A DNA stretch of 46,671 nt from a virus (Duplodnaviria; Caudoviricetes). The position numbers were made by a program, and so were the translations under genes. Numbering within the stretch: the stretch's first letter is position 1; the number at the start of each line of letters is the position of its first letter. This document shows, piece after piece, positions 36,811 to 46,671 of the stretch. The notes beneath the pieces were generated by a model. That model saw only the letters and a program-made list of their open reading frames with translations. It did no database searches and was not told where the DNA came from. Location of the stretch: the IMG/VR virus record IMGVR_UViG_3300030207_004498, positions 1 to 46,671 of that record, one strand, 5' to 3'.

Positions 36811-37247
36811 TAGGTAGTTGCCTCCAAATAATATACATAATAAGTCTGACCAATAAAAAATCTAGCGCCGTCAGAACTTACAACATTAAAAAGGCTTCCA
36901 TTTATTTCGATTGATTCTGTTTTTCCTTTATCTATGTAGTCTTTACAATCTTTTTCAACTTTTATTCTAACATCGCCTTTTTCAATCATGACTTTTAATT
37001 CGTCTTGATACTCTAAGGGCTGGTTCTCTTTATAGTTTACAATCGCGCTAAAAGATTGGCTAACAGGAGTATATGTCACCTGAGTTTTTGGCGCTCCATA
37101 ACCTGCATATATATTTTGATCAGCGGTTAAACTAACAGTTCTTTGCGGCTCTTTATTGACAGTAATAGTAGCTTTAAAAGTGTCAAAGTGATCAGACAGA
37201 GCTGTAGTGAACGCTGTTTTCGCTGCCTCTGGAATTAAAGATGCCAT
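36810..37247 (-). CDS. Putative head-closure protein
   Basis: 145-aa beta-rich protein with IEINGSLFNV; synteny. Confidence 0.5.
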   Translation of the reverse strand: MASLIPEAAKTAFTTALSDHFDTFKATITVNKEPQRTVSLTADQNIYAGYGAPKTQVTYTPVSQSFSAIVNYKENQPLEYQDELKVMIEKGDVRIKVEKDCKDYIDKGKTESIEINGSLFNVVSSDGARFFIGQTYYVYYLEATT

Positions 37248-37249
37248 TA

Positions 37250-37864
37250 TTAATAAATAATTCTATTGTACGGGAAAAGTTCGTTGTTATTTGTAGCATA
37301 TTCCCCGCGAGTTGTATCATCTCCAGCTACTTGGACGGGAGTAGATTTTCTTAATTTGTAGGCATTAATTAAATCTGTCAGCTCCATATACTCTTCCCTC
37401 TTAAGGGCTAAATAAGTTTTGCTGAGTTCGTTCTTGTTAATCTTGCGAACTCTAGAACCGTCGGAAGCAACTTCAACGACAGGATCAGTAGACGCAGCGC
37501 CCACCGTGCTTCTTATTTGTTTGTCATAGTAATGAACTATGTACATTTTTTTTAAAATTGCAGCCTCTTCTGGCTGAATAGATACTATTACAGGATCAGA
37601 AGTTTTGCCTTCGTTAGAGTCAACAGAAAGCCCCAAAGCTCCACTCCCTTCGTTAAAAACCTGAGGCTCGTCTCCCGGCGTTATAAAACTGCCTGAAAAC
37701 TCGTAAGCGTCAGCTCCTTGCGTCGAAATTTTAAAAGTGGTATTTATTCTGTTATTTAGCTCGCCGACATTGCTTCTAATCCAAAAAGAAATAGCGGGTA
37801 TAGAGATACTTGAAGGTTCTCCTAATTCTCTAAACAGTTCGTCTGCTATGTCTACAATCTTCAT
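37250..37864 (-). CDS. Putative head-tail adaptor protein
   Basis: Helical 204-aa protein, first of four neck-slot genes; synteny. Confidence 0.5.
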   Translation of the reverse strand: MKIVDIADELFRELGEPSSISIPAISFWIRSNVGELNNRINTTFKISTQGADAYEFSGSFITPGDEPQVFNEGSGALGLSVDSNEGKTSDPVIVSIQPEEAAILKKMYIVHYYDKQIRSTVGAASTDPVVEVASDGSRVRKINKNELSKTYLALKREEYMELTDLINAYKLRKSTPVQVAGDDTTRGEYATNNNELFPYNRIIY

Positions 37865-37875
37865 CTTTTTTAAAA

Positions 37876-37881
37876 TTACAC
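37876..37881 (-). promoter_or_regulatory. GTGTAA motif overlapping the fibre stop codon
   Basis: GTG TAA (Val-stop) then ttttaaaaaagATG. Confidence 0.45.
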
Positions 37882-40800
37882 ATCTTTTTCAACCACGAGG
37901 CTATCTATATCAGCTCTTTCCCCATAAATTGTGTAGAAACAGTCAATTGTTTCGCCATCCGCCGCTCCAATTACAATTTGAGACAATGAAGTACTAACAA
38001 CATATAAATGCTGGAATCCTCCTCTTGGCGTTAATTGAACTGTAACCGTGTCTTCTCGCACAAGGCCAGACCAGTAATCCGGCAAAGTAATCGTATTTGA
38101 TTGAGTTGTTCCTCTATGGTAAACTCCAAATTCTGGACCTTCTAAGCAGCCGTGTTCTAATTTTTTATTTTCTTTAGTTGGGTGGTCAATTAAGAAAGAC
38201 TTGGAAGAAGCCGAGAAAGATCCATTTACCGTGAGTTTAGAACCCGGATTAGTTGATCCTATTCCAATGTTACCGGTCTGATGAATCCTCATAGCTTCTA
38301 TCGCGGTGCTACCGCTACCGGTATTGTTGTAAACAGTAAATGCTATTTCTCCTTCATCTTTGTTTCCGGGGCTCAACCAGTCATCACCCGTCACGAAATC
38401 AATACTGGCGACCTTATTGGTAGTCCAATACCCCTCCATACCTCCTATTTTCCAATCGGGACCACCTCCTCCTCCTACGTAATTCTTACATCTAACATAA
38501 GATCCATGGGAAGGGCTGTTACTATTATAAGTTTCTAAAGTTATAGACGCTAAATTTGAGCCGTTACTATCACCAGCAGATTGCACACTTCTTATATCAA
38601 GCCTATTAGTTGCATTATTTGTTCCTATACCAATATTACCGCCAGCTTCGACATAAATTCTATTAGTATTATTTGTTATAATTGCGTGGTCATGATTAGA
38701 CAAATTTCCTGATTTTGTATAACTTATAGTATGGTCAACCCCTGCAATAAATTGTTTAGTCTGATCGCTTGCCGAAAAGAAAGAATAAGTACCTGTACCA
38801 TTACCTATACTGATTCCCGGCATATTTGAAGTAGCTTGCGTGCCAGAACCTACATACAAATTAGTAGCAGGGTTTGTCGTTCCTATACCAATTTTACCAT
38901 CATTTTTGATAGTCATCATGCTCTGAGGCGAGTTAGTATTATCAGTTATAAAATGAAAATCTCCTACATTTGTAGCATCTTGATATTGATAAGCGATTCT
39001 TCCGTCAGCATTTCTTGCTCTAAAGTCTATATTAGCGTAAACATTATTACTTTCTTGGGTGTTGTAAATTAGCAAACCCTTACCCGCTCCACCTCCACTT
39101 AAACCTTCTAGAGCTACATTAGTAGAAGTGCTTACATATCTGACTTCTAATGTTTTATTTGGAGAATTTGTCCCCATGCCAACACTACCAGAATCTAAAA
39201 GTATGTTGAACCCATCTGTGTCGTTATAGTTTTTTGTAACTTTAAAAACTTGACTAGTGTTGTTGTAAGCATGAATTCTCAGGCAGTTACTTACTCCAGA
39301 ATTCCTTTGAATATTCCATTTAGCACCCCCACTTCCGTCGTAAAAGGCAAGGTATCCCGTTCCACCACTACGATTTAGTATTATCCCCTCATTTGTTAGC
39401 AGAGTGGTACCCCCAATCGCAACAGTTCCGAGGTTGTTGATCGTCATCTTGGAGCTATTATTAATTCTAAAGTCCCAAGAGGTATTTTTTATGTGTCGAG
39501 CCGCCCAATATCCGTCTCCATCTAAAAACCCTACTTCATGAGCTGCACTATTACCTTCATATGCGTAAACGTAACCCCAAATATCGCTGTCATTACCCTT
39601 TAACCTCAGAGCTAGTGCTCCTGTACTATCATGAGTAAGAAAATCATAATTGTCACCTAAGGCATTGACAAACGTCAGTGCAGATTGACCTTCAATCCAT
39701 TGAATATAAGCGCGATTAGAGCCGCCGTTTTGCCAACGAATATATGGATTAGCCGAACCGCTTAATAATATTTTTTGGTCTTCTGAACTATAAACCTGCA
39801 AAGGGGAGTAAGCTGTGGCTGTACCTATTCCGACGAAACCATTGCCTTGGATACGCATTCTTTCTCCCGACGTCCCGGTGCTGTCTGTGAAGAATGAAAT
39901 ATAACCAGTATTATTAGCGCCTGTAGTCCCGGCTTGCATCATTGCTACCTGACCACCGTTATTCTGAAATGATATTGTCGAAACAACATCGGTGGTATTG
40001 TTATTAGAATGTCTTAATACTATTTCTGCCCCTTCGTCATGTGATCCGTCGCTTTGGATATGTAATTTAGCACTGGGAACGTTTGTTCCTATACCAATAT
40101 TACCACTGGCACGAATTACAAAACGATTAAGATAAGTTGTATTACTACCAGTCACGCCTGAGAATACGAGGTCTCCATAACCGTGAGCAGACCCTTCTCC
40201 TGTGGTGCTAGCACCGGGAGTAACTACCTTTATTCTCCAATAATCTTTATTTAATCCACCGTAATCATTTATACTTCGGTTGCTTCCAAAAGCTAGCATC
40301 TGATACGTAGCGTTAGAAACAATGTTTTGAGTGATTCTTTGTTTTCCAACAACATCTAATTTTTCTAGTGGACTATCTGTCCCTATACCAACACTAGCAT
40401 TTGGTATCCAACACTTAGCCGCAGAAAAAACAGCAACATCATTTCCCGAAGCCCAAGTCGTCGTTCCGGCAGTTCTACCAGCATTCCTTATGTGAAATCG
40501 GGTGTTGCCTTGATTCCGCCCCATGTCAAGGTAAACATTATAGTCTCCACTTGAGTCGTCATGAATCCTGACGCCTCCGTAATTATTATTGGTCGCATCA
40601 ACGATTAGGTCGCCTCTGACATCCAATTTTGCAACAGGGCCTGTGGTCTTTATGCCAACACTGCCACCTGAATTTATATTTAAATTATTAGCGGTTAATG
40701 AATCGTTTCTCCCATAAGAAGCGTAAGAGTCTTCTGCGATAACATAAGCACTTGTATCGTTATCGCTTACTACTAATTTAGATCTATTACCAGTTCCTTT

Positions 40801-43800
40801 AACCTGAAGTCCAATAGCCGCGCCTCCCGCGTAATAAACTTGTAGGGGATATCCCGGACTTGCAGTACCTATTCCAACGCTACCATAAACGCTTCCTCCC
40901 GCTTGACTTAAATAATATCCAGTTGCTCCAGTTGAGTTATAATTAAAAGCAAATAACGACACGATTCGAAGGCTTGTTGTGACGGGAGTTTTTAAGGTAT
41001 AGCGTATCTTAGTGATCGCAGATGAACTTGTATTATAGTACTGGTAGACTGTTGCCTTCGTATTATTTGTTTCCTCTTTAATAGTGTTCCATCCTCCAGC
41101 CCTGTAGACCTCAATTTTAACGTAAGAACATCTCCAGCTAGGAGTAGCAAAACTAATTCCTACTCTTGTAGTATAAGTTAGATTTCTAGGTAATGAGTCT
41201 AAAGTAATAGTGAACCCCGTGCTAGCGTTGCTGATTTCGCTTGCAAGTACGTCGCCAAAATATGAATTAGCCTCAAAGAATCTGTCTGTTTCACTATCCC
41301 CGGGATTAGACGAAAGACCACTATATGTAACCGTGTTACCTTTAACTCTAAGCAATGCTAGATCATTATTTAGCTGATGATTAATTACTGGAGCGTCTTC
41401 TCCTTTAGTGTCTAAAATAAAATTATGAATTATTGAGGAAGAACTATTAAGAATTCCCGTCAACATACCTTCTATTTTTGCATTGCCACCTACCTGAAGT
41501 TTTTCAGTAGGGTCAGAACCCCCCAATCCTATTCCAGCGCCAGTAGCAGTTATTCTTATTTGCTCGGCGTTGTTGGCATACAGCAATGTTTTTTGTATCC
41601 CTGAGTTCATCGCCAATACAGTTGCCCCATAGCCGCTCAACGTCATTGGGGTTGTCCAATTGTAATGAGCAGCTAGGACTGCGTTGTACACTGTGTTTTG
41701 TGCAGCCTGAAGTGTGATGTTGGCATTACTGGTAGCCTTTACAGTCAGCCCCCCTGTTGTTTCTGTGGCGTCTATAAATGTAGTGCCAACCACATGGAGC
41801 TTTGTATAAGTCCCGCTGGGACTTGCCGTCCCTATACCAACACTACCAACAGAATTAATAACCATGTGCGCTCCCATTACCGCACTTCCATTAGTTCTGG
41901 TCCTGAAGATCATGCTTGCGCCATATTGTCCGCTAGTCGCATTATCTCTTGATCCCTCAATAGAGGCTAAATAGGTTCCGTTAGTATTATCTTGTGTCGC
42001 ACCAAATGTAATTGCGCCACCAATACCGGCAGCTAAAGCTGAATCATCTGCAACATGGAGCTGTCCTTGCCACAGTCCTTTATTTCCAGAGCCCGCAAAT
42101 GCAGATTTAGTCCCGCTAAAATATCCAGCTTGATTCTGCACTGCCGCTCCTGCGTTTCGAGCACCAGCGCCAACCATCAGATTAGCTAATGGAGAGTCTG
42201 TGCCTATACCAACATTACCGCTATTATCTATCGTTACCTTAGTGACTCCCGCAATTTGAAAAGCTAGTTCAGCTGCTCCTGATGCGCCACTATTATATAT
42301 ATTAGCGTTAGTATTAGAAGATGCATTTAAAAATTGGAATTTATTCCCCCCAACAATCCTAATAGCGACACTAGACGCATTTGCCGCGAAAAGATCTAAA
42401 GCCGCAGAAGGGGTACCACCTATACCAACGCTACCAGTTCCCAAAACAGTCATGGTAGTTATACTGTTGCTAGAGCCCCTAAAGTAAGTAGCCCCACCAT
42501 TAGCCATAGTTATGTAGTGAGTACCTGAGTTTTGGTAATTTAAATGAGTAGTATAAGCCGAGCCGCTCACTATCTGAACCTCACCGTCTGGCTCGACTGT
42601 AAACTTATATCCCCCATTTGCATAAACCCCAAAAGCTTTACCCGTACTTCCGGGCTCATCCATTCGCACCAGCAGCCCACCTGAGTTCCCACTGGTAGCC
42701 GTGTTATATATCGTTGAAAGCCAATTGCCAGTAACTGAAGCTTTGACCTCTAATTTGTATGCGGGATCATTTGTTCCTATTCCAACGTTGCCATTATCAA
42801 AGATACTAGAGTTACCAATCGTGTCCCCATCAGTCCACTTAGTTACATAATTCGCCGTACCTGAACCATCTACTGCTCCAGCTCCGATTGCAGTTTCGAT
42901 AATATCGCCGTTTGAATTGACTGATAATTTATAAGTCGCAGTTCCTGTATGAGTTCCGCTACCATAACTACCCAATGTTAACTTCCTACTAGTGGTATCT
43001 ATTGAGAGAGCAGTACTTGGACTACTTCCAACCGCTATTGCAAAAGTACCATCTCCCCCCCGAATACGCCCTTGTATTGTACTACCGCCATAAAACATAA
43101 TAGCTGGTAGCTTACTTCCACCGGTATCGTCTTCGTCAATAATCCTTAATGCGCAAGCGTTATCGCCATCATCTGAATTACCACTAATAGTAAGTAGCGA
43201 CCCCGGACTTGCTGTACCTATTCCAACTGATCCATTATTGCCCCTTATACTCATATGAGTGGTCATTGTTCCACCAATGTTACTCTGGAACATGAATCCG
43301 TTAGGTGCGTTAGAACCTACTATAAATTTTACTCCATATACTAAAGTCGAGTTCTGCCCTACTTCAACGTAGTTAGAGCTAGCTTTGACTAGGTTTCTTG
43401 CGTAGTTGGAAAAATTCCCGTATAGCCCACGCCCAGTATTATTTAAATATATCGCACAAGTCTGAGTGTCGTTCCCCGCCCAAGAATTTGCCCCGCTAAA
43501 TATTGCTGATCCAGCTACGTGTAGCTTTGCGCCGGGAGCATTTGTGTTTATACCAACATTACCTGTACCGTTAGGAGTTATCTCAATATGTTTATTGCCG
43601 CCAGATTCAGTTTGGAGTTTTAGGTTAGATGCACCAGCACTGTTTTCTATAGTGTCAGCCTTAAATATACCGCTTAAAGTACGGACACTTGTTGAGCCTG
43701 TAAAAATATATGCTTCCCCGTTAACATGTAACTGCTGACTAGGCGTTGCGGTATTTACCCCAACCTTACCTCTTAAAATCTTTAATGCTGGTATAGTTTT

Positions 43801-43809
43801 ATCTGCCAT
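37876..43809 (-). CDS. Long fibre protein with GNVGIGT repeats and C-terminal chaperone-like domain
   Basis: About 18 G[NS]VGIGT..P...L.V repeats; C-terminal KSFLIDHP...LEGPE...LPDYW...VQLTP domain; AAGGA RBS. Confidence 0.88.
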   Translation of the reverse strand: MADKTIPALKILRGKVGVNTATPSQQLHVNGEAYIFTGSTSVRTLSGIFKADTIENSAGASNLKLQTESGGNKHIEITPNGTGNVGINTNAPGAKLHVAGSAIFSGANSWAGNDTQTCAIYLNNTGRGLYGNFSNYARNLVKASSNYVEVGQNSTLVYGVKFIVGSNAPNGFMFQSNIGGTMTTHMSIRGNNGSVGIGTASPGSLLTISGNSDDGDNACALRIIDEDDTGGSKLPAIMFYGGSTIQGRIRGGDGTFAIAVGSSPSTALSIDTTSRKLTLGSYGSGTHTGTATYKLSVNSNGDIIETAIGAGAVDGSGTANYVTKWTDGDTIGNSSIFDNGNVGIGTNDPAYKLEVKASVTGNWLSTIYNTATSGNSGGLLVRMDEPGSTGKAFGVYANGGYKFTVEPDGEVQIVSGSAYTTHLNYQNSGTHYITMANGGATYFRGSSNSITTMTVLGTGSVGIGGTPSAALDLFAANASSVAIRIVGGNKFQFLNASSNTNANIYNSGASGAAELAFQIAGVTKVTIDNSGNVGIGTDSPLANLMVGAGARNAGAAVQNQAGYFSGTKSAFAGSGNKGLWQGQLHVADDSALAAGIGGAITFGATQDNTNGTYLASIEGSRDNATSGQYGASMIFRTRTNGSAVMGAHMVINSVGSVGIGTASPSGTYTKLHVVGTTFIDATETTGGLTVKATSNANITLQAAQNTVYNAVLAAHYNWTTPMTLSGYGATVLAMNSGIQKTLLYANNAEQIRITATGAGIGLGGSDPTEKLQVGGNAKIEGMLTGILNSSSSIIHNFILDTKGEDAPVINHQLNNDLALLRVKGNTVTYSGLSSNPGDSETDRFFEANSYFGDVLASEISNASTGFTITLDSLPRNLTYTTRVGISFATPSWRCSYVKIEVYRAGGWNTIKEETNNTKATVYQYYNTSSSAITKIRYTLKTPVTTSLRIVSLFAFNYNSTGATGYYLSQAGGSVYGSVGIGTASPGYPLQVYYAGGAAIGLQVKGTGNRSKLVVSDNDTSAYVIAEDSYASYGRNDSLTANNLNINSGGSVGIKTTGPVAKLDVRGDLIVDATNNNYGGVRIHDDSSGDYNVYLDMGRNQGNTRFHIRNAGRTAGTTTWASGNDVAVFSAAKCWIPNASVGIGTDSPLEKLDVVGKQRITQNIVSNATYQMLAFGSNRSINDYGGLNKDYWRIKVVTPGASTTGEGSAHGYGDLVFSGVTGSNTTYLNRFVIRASGNIGIGTNVPSAKLHIQSDGSHDEGAEIVLRHSNNNTTDVVSTISFQNNGGQVAMMQAGTTGANNTGYISFFTDSTGTSGERMRIQGNGFVGIGTATAYSPLQVYSSEDQKILLSGSANPYIRWQNGGSNRAYIQWIEGQSALTFVNALGDNYDFLTHDSTGALALRLKGNDSDIWGYVYAYEGNSAAHEVGFLDGDGYWAARHIKNTSWDFRINNSSKMTINNLGTVAIGGTTLLTNEGIILNRSGGTGYLAFYDGSGGAKWNIQRNSGVSNCLRIHAYNNTSQVFKVTKNYNDTDGFNILLDSGSVGMGTNSPNKTLEVRYVSTSTNVALEGLSGGGAGKGLLIYNTQESNNVYANIDFRARNADGRIAYQYQDATNVGDFHFITDNTNSPQSMMTIKNDGKIGIGTTNPATNLYVGSGTQATSNMPGISIGNGTGTYSFFSASDQTKQFIAGVDHTISYTKSGNLSNHDHAIITNNTNRIYVEAGGNIGIGTNNATNRLDIRSVQSAGDSNGSNLASITLETYNSNSPSHGSYVRCKNYVGGGGGPDWKIGGMEGYWTTNKVASIDFVTGDDWLSPGNKDEGEIAFTVYNNTGSGSTAIEAMRIHQTGNIGIGSTNPGSKLTVNGSFSASSKSFLIDHPTKENKKLEHGCLEGPEFGVYHRGTTQSNTITLPDYWSGLVREDTVTVQLTPRGGFQHLYVVSTSLSQIVIGAADGETIDCFYTIYGERADIDSLVVEKDV

Positions 43810-43818
43810 TATAAATCC

Positions 43819-46671
43819 TTATGATACTGCCGTTGCCATTCCCATTACGTGGTAACTTAGTTTACCAGCCAACGTACCGTTAGCAGCGGTGCTTAATTTT
43901 AATTGTATAGTAAACGTATCACTACTTGGGTCTACTATTTTCGATTCAATTGAATCGGTATTAGTATTGTCAAATTCACTTATCACTGTTCCGGGCTCTG
44001 CATATCCGTCACTTCCATTTTGCACAAAGTATTCGCCGACAAATGCTACAGCGCTATGACTGCTCCAATCGCCGCTTAAGAATAACTTCACATAACAGCC
44101 GGTATGGTTGTTTAGATTAATTGTAAGGGCTGTGGTATAGGTATTTCCATTTAAACTTACATCTTTATAACCCATCCAGTTACCGTTATTAGTAGTACCG
44201 ACTTTAAAATCGCCTTCGACGTGGAGCTTAGCGGCGGGAGCTGTCGTAGAAATAGCGACTCTGTCAGTGCTACCTTCAGTAAACAAGAGATAATCATCAG
44301 TATCTCCCTCGACCCTAAAGTCGTAGTCCGCAGCGCCATCATTAATTACAGTCTCGTTTGTTCTAGTAGAGAAAACGAGCCCTTTAGTATTTTGATATAC
44401 AGCAACACCATAATCAGTCCAGCCTCCAATTCTCAGGCCATAACTAGCTGTTCCCAGTTCAATTTTTTGCGCCCAATCTGCATTACTATTATCATAAATA
44501 AATAACTTTGCATCTTGATGAGTATGAACAGAAGCATTTCTTGTTATTTGTATAGAGTCAGTATTGTCAGATAAGTTTGTAAATGCTGTAGTGCCTCCGT
44601 AAACATGTAATTTTCCACCCGGATTATTTGTTCCTATCCCAACGTTACCGTCATTCTTAACGACCATTCGTGACGCACCGTTAAGCCTGTCGTAAATTTC
44701 TAAAGAGCTGCCTGCAGATATATTTGTACCGATTTCCCATCTATCTGCGTTTGTTCCACCTACGTTAGAATTAAACCATATAGAAGCGTTTGCATTTGCG
44801 GTAGTTGATACTACACGAACAATACATGTGGCTGATTGGAGGTGAAGCTTTTGTACGCCATTATTCGTTCCTATACCAACATTGCCACTGCCATTTATAG
44901 TGAATCTATTAGTCCCAGCTAAGTCAATACTGAATCCTGCGTTTGAGACCCCAGCAATAGCAGGAATAAAATCAACTGCATTACCTCCTGAAAAATTACT
45001 GTTTAGGCGTAGTCCCTTTTCTCCGCCACTTGTTATATAGGATTCTAGTCTTGCGGCTGGAGCATTTGTATTAATTCCTACATTGCCAGTTGCAGTGCAA
45101 ACTAATCCATAACCCAAAAACGTACCTGACCCGTTGTATCTCTGTAGCTCAAAATTATTAGCATTAGAGTGTAGCTGGTACGCATAGTAACTAGAGCTGT
45201 ATATAGCTCCCGTATGGACGTTTCGGTTGAAGCCAATACCTTGAAGACTGTTAGTGGCTTTAAAATTCATGTGGCCACCGAGCAACATTTGCCCCTCAAT
45301 GTCTAGGTTATATTGACTATTGGGGGTTTTGTTTAAGCCAACACTGCCGCTACCAGTGATAGCCATTCTGGTTGCAGAATTTGTGGCGTCGTAAAACTCT
45401 AAAGTTCCATTTGCAGTCTGCCCATCAACAATCTTCCAATGTTGAGTAGTCGAACCCGTTTTCTTAATTTCAAAGCCTACAGTAGAATTTGCGGCTACTT
45501 GAGTTAATACGGTTGTAGTGCCGGAAGCTTTACTGACATGAAGGTGAGCGGCAGGAGCTGCTGTTCCTATACCGATATTACCGCCAGACCTAATAGTCAT
45601 TCGGGTAGCGGTAGCTGCGCCAGTAGCCTGTGTTTGGAAAGCTATGGCCGCGCTGTCACTCGTGCCGTCTTGGTAACCAACAATATTCGCCAAATTAGAA
45701 TCAATGTCAGTATTACCAAAACGAATAATACCAAGAGAAGCACCTGCATTGCCGTTTGTCCTCGTTAACGCTAATATAGAAACACTACTGTTTCTTAATT
45801 GCAGGTTCCCAACTGTAGGAGTTGGCGTACCTATACCTATGTTTCCGTCTTCTTTAATGTATAAAGCGTCTACAAAAGTATCCCCGGAGTTAACCGTAAA
45901 GGTAAGACTGCCCGTAGCCGCGCCACCGGGGGCGGTAGCTAAACATCTAATTCTTGCGGCTGTATTATTTGCTGATCCTCCCGCGCTACTACCACCAATA
46001 AAATTAATATCATGGTTGCCGCTGGACCAAGTGTTTTTTATGTTAATATTAGAACCATTGTTTGCAAATATTGCATCCCCATTAACATACAGCCTAGCTC
46101 CGGGATTATCTGTTCCTACACCAACATTACCTGCAGAATTTATCATCATGCGGGTACTAGCCGCACTTTCATCCCTAAACTCCAAGGCGTCACCCACAGT
46201 ATCCGAATTACAAACACTCCAATTCCCGTGGCCAGAATTCAATAATAGTCTAGCGTTTGAGTTAGCAGCATTTGTTATTTTTAATGTAGCGTTATCATGG
46301 CCAGATCCATAAATCTCTAAATTGACAGAAGGATTATCTGTTCCTATTCCAACATTACCGTTGTCATTTATCCTCATCCTCTCTACCGTATCAGTAGAAA
46401 AACCCACCTCAAAAGCTAGCCCCGCTCTTGCGTTGCCCGTGTTTAAGTTAACCGCTTGAATCCTAGCTCGTGTCCTAAACGAATCTTGAAATTTAATTCC
46501 CCACTTATCTAACGCAGTATTCCTGTTATTATCCAGCGTTAATATATCTACATCTGCACCTCCGGAATGATCCACCTGAAGCATAGACGTCGGCGCATTT
46601 GTTCCTATTCCAACGCTACCACTATCAAGAGCAATTATCGCAGAGTCCTGCAGAGCTGTCGTGCCATTAAA
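43819..46671 (-). CDS. Fibre protein with GNVGIGT repeats (5'-truncated by the window edge)
   Basis: About 10 repeats. The frame stays open from 46584 to the window end (FNGTTALQDSAIIALDSGSVGIGTNAPTS), so the Met at 46584 is internal. Confidence 0.88.
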   Translation of the reverse strand, partial: FNGTTALQDSAIIALDSGSVGIGTNAPTSMLQVDHSGGADVDILTLDNNRNTALDKWGIKFQDSFRTRARIQAVNLNTGNARAGLAFEVGFSTDTVERMRINDNGNVGIGTDNPSVNLEIYGSGHDNATLKITNAANSNARLLLNSGHGNWSVCNSDTVGDALEFRDESAASTRMMINSAGNVGVGTDNPGARLYVNGDAIFANNGSNINIKNTWSSGNHDINFIGGSSAGGSANNTAARIRCLATAPGGAATGSLTFTVNSGDTFVDALYIKEDGNIGIGTPTPTVGNLQLRNSSVSILALTRTNGNAGASLGIIRFGNTDIDSNLANIVGYQDGTSDSAAIAFQTQATGAATATRMTIRSGGNIGIGTAAPAAHLHVSKASGTTTVLTQVAANSTVGFEIKKTGSTTQHWKIVDGQTANGTLEFYDATNSATRMAITGSGSVGLNKTPNSQYNLDIEGQMLLGGHMNFKATNSLQGIGFNRNVHTGAIYSSSYYAYQLHSNANNFELQRYNGSGTFLGYGLVCTATGNVGINTNAPAARLESYITSGGEKGLRLNSNFSGGNAVDFIPAIAGVSNAGFSIDLAGTNRFTINGSGNVGIGTNNGVQKLHLQSATCIVRVVSTTANANASIWFNSNVGGTNADRWEIGTNISAGSSLEIYDRLNGASRMVVKNDGNVGIGTNNPGGKLHVYGGTTAFTNLSDNTDSIQITRNASVHTHQDAKLFIYDNSNADWAQKIELGTASYGLRIGGWTDYGVAVYQNTKGLVFSTRTNETVINDGAADYDFRVEGDTDDYLLFTEGSTDRVAISTTAPAAKLHVEGDFKVGTTNNGNWMGYKDVSLNGNTYTTALTINLNNHTGCYVKLFLSGDWSSHSAVAFVGEYFVQNGSDGYAEPGTVISEFDNTNTDSIESKIVDPSSDTFTIQLKLSTAANGTLAGKLSYHVMGMATAVS

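Noticed and set aside
45704-46312. 202-aa plus-strand ORF and other antisense ORFs (7530-7841, 18280-18720, 29742-30260, 30298-30663 etc.)
   Set aside because: They are shadows of well-supported genes on the opposite strand, with no motifs or RBS.
37876-46671. Fibre repeats as a CRISPR array or a diversity-generating retroelement target
   Set aside because: The repeats are degenerate, in-frame and irregularly spaced. No cas or reverse transcriptase gene and no adenine-specific template/variable pair was seen.
1-46671. Alternative genetic code, tRNA genes, or a GTA/tailocin identity
   Set aside because: Long ORFs tile the window under the standard code with TAA, TAG and TGA all used as stops; gaps are too short for tRNAs; nrdAB, thyX and phage-type hypotheticals indicate a self-replicating phage.

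Overview
A 46.7 kb fragment of a large tailed dsDNA phage genome (long non-contractile, lambda-like tail tip), gene-dense and AT-rich, truncated at both ends. Bases 1-9532 (mostly + strand) are a metabolic/accessory block: nrdA (5'-truncated), a glycosyltransferase-like gene wedged between nrdA and nrdB, an nrdB with the class Ic (Mn/Fe, no radical tyrosine) signature, a DUF2589 gene pair, inorganic pyrophosphatase, a pilin-like protein with a CxxCH motif next to a GspC/PilP-like protein, thyX, a 2OG-Fe(II) oxygenase and an orphan Xre/MbcA/ParS antitoxin domain. Bases 9600-46671 are virion morphogenesis genes: two GNVGIGT-repeat fibres, putative neck genes, a tail tube protein, two paralogous chaperone-like genes and a 2194-aa tape measure protein (all - strand), a lambda-like M-L-K-I-J block on the + strand, then three further tail-tube-like paralogues and an IPT/TIG-repeat protein (- strand). 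A GTGTAA + AT-rich motif sits just upstream of most structural transcription units and is a candidate late promoter. Several genes hint at a PVC (probably Verrucomicrobia) host. No tRNA, rRNA, CRISPR array, integrase or transposase was seen. All family calls are from motif recognition by eye; no searches were run.
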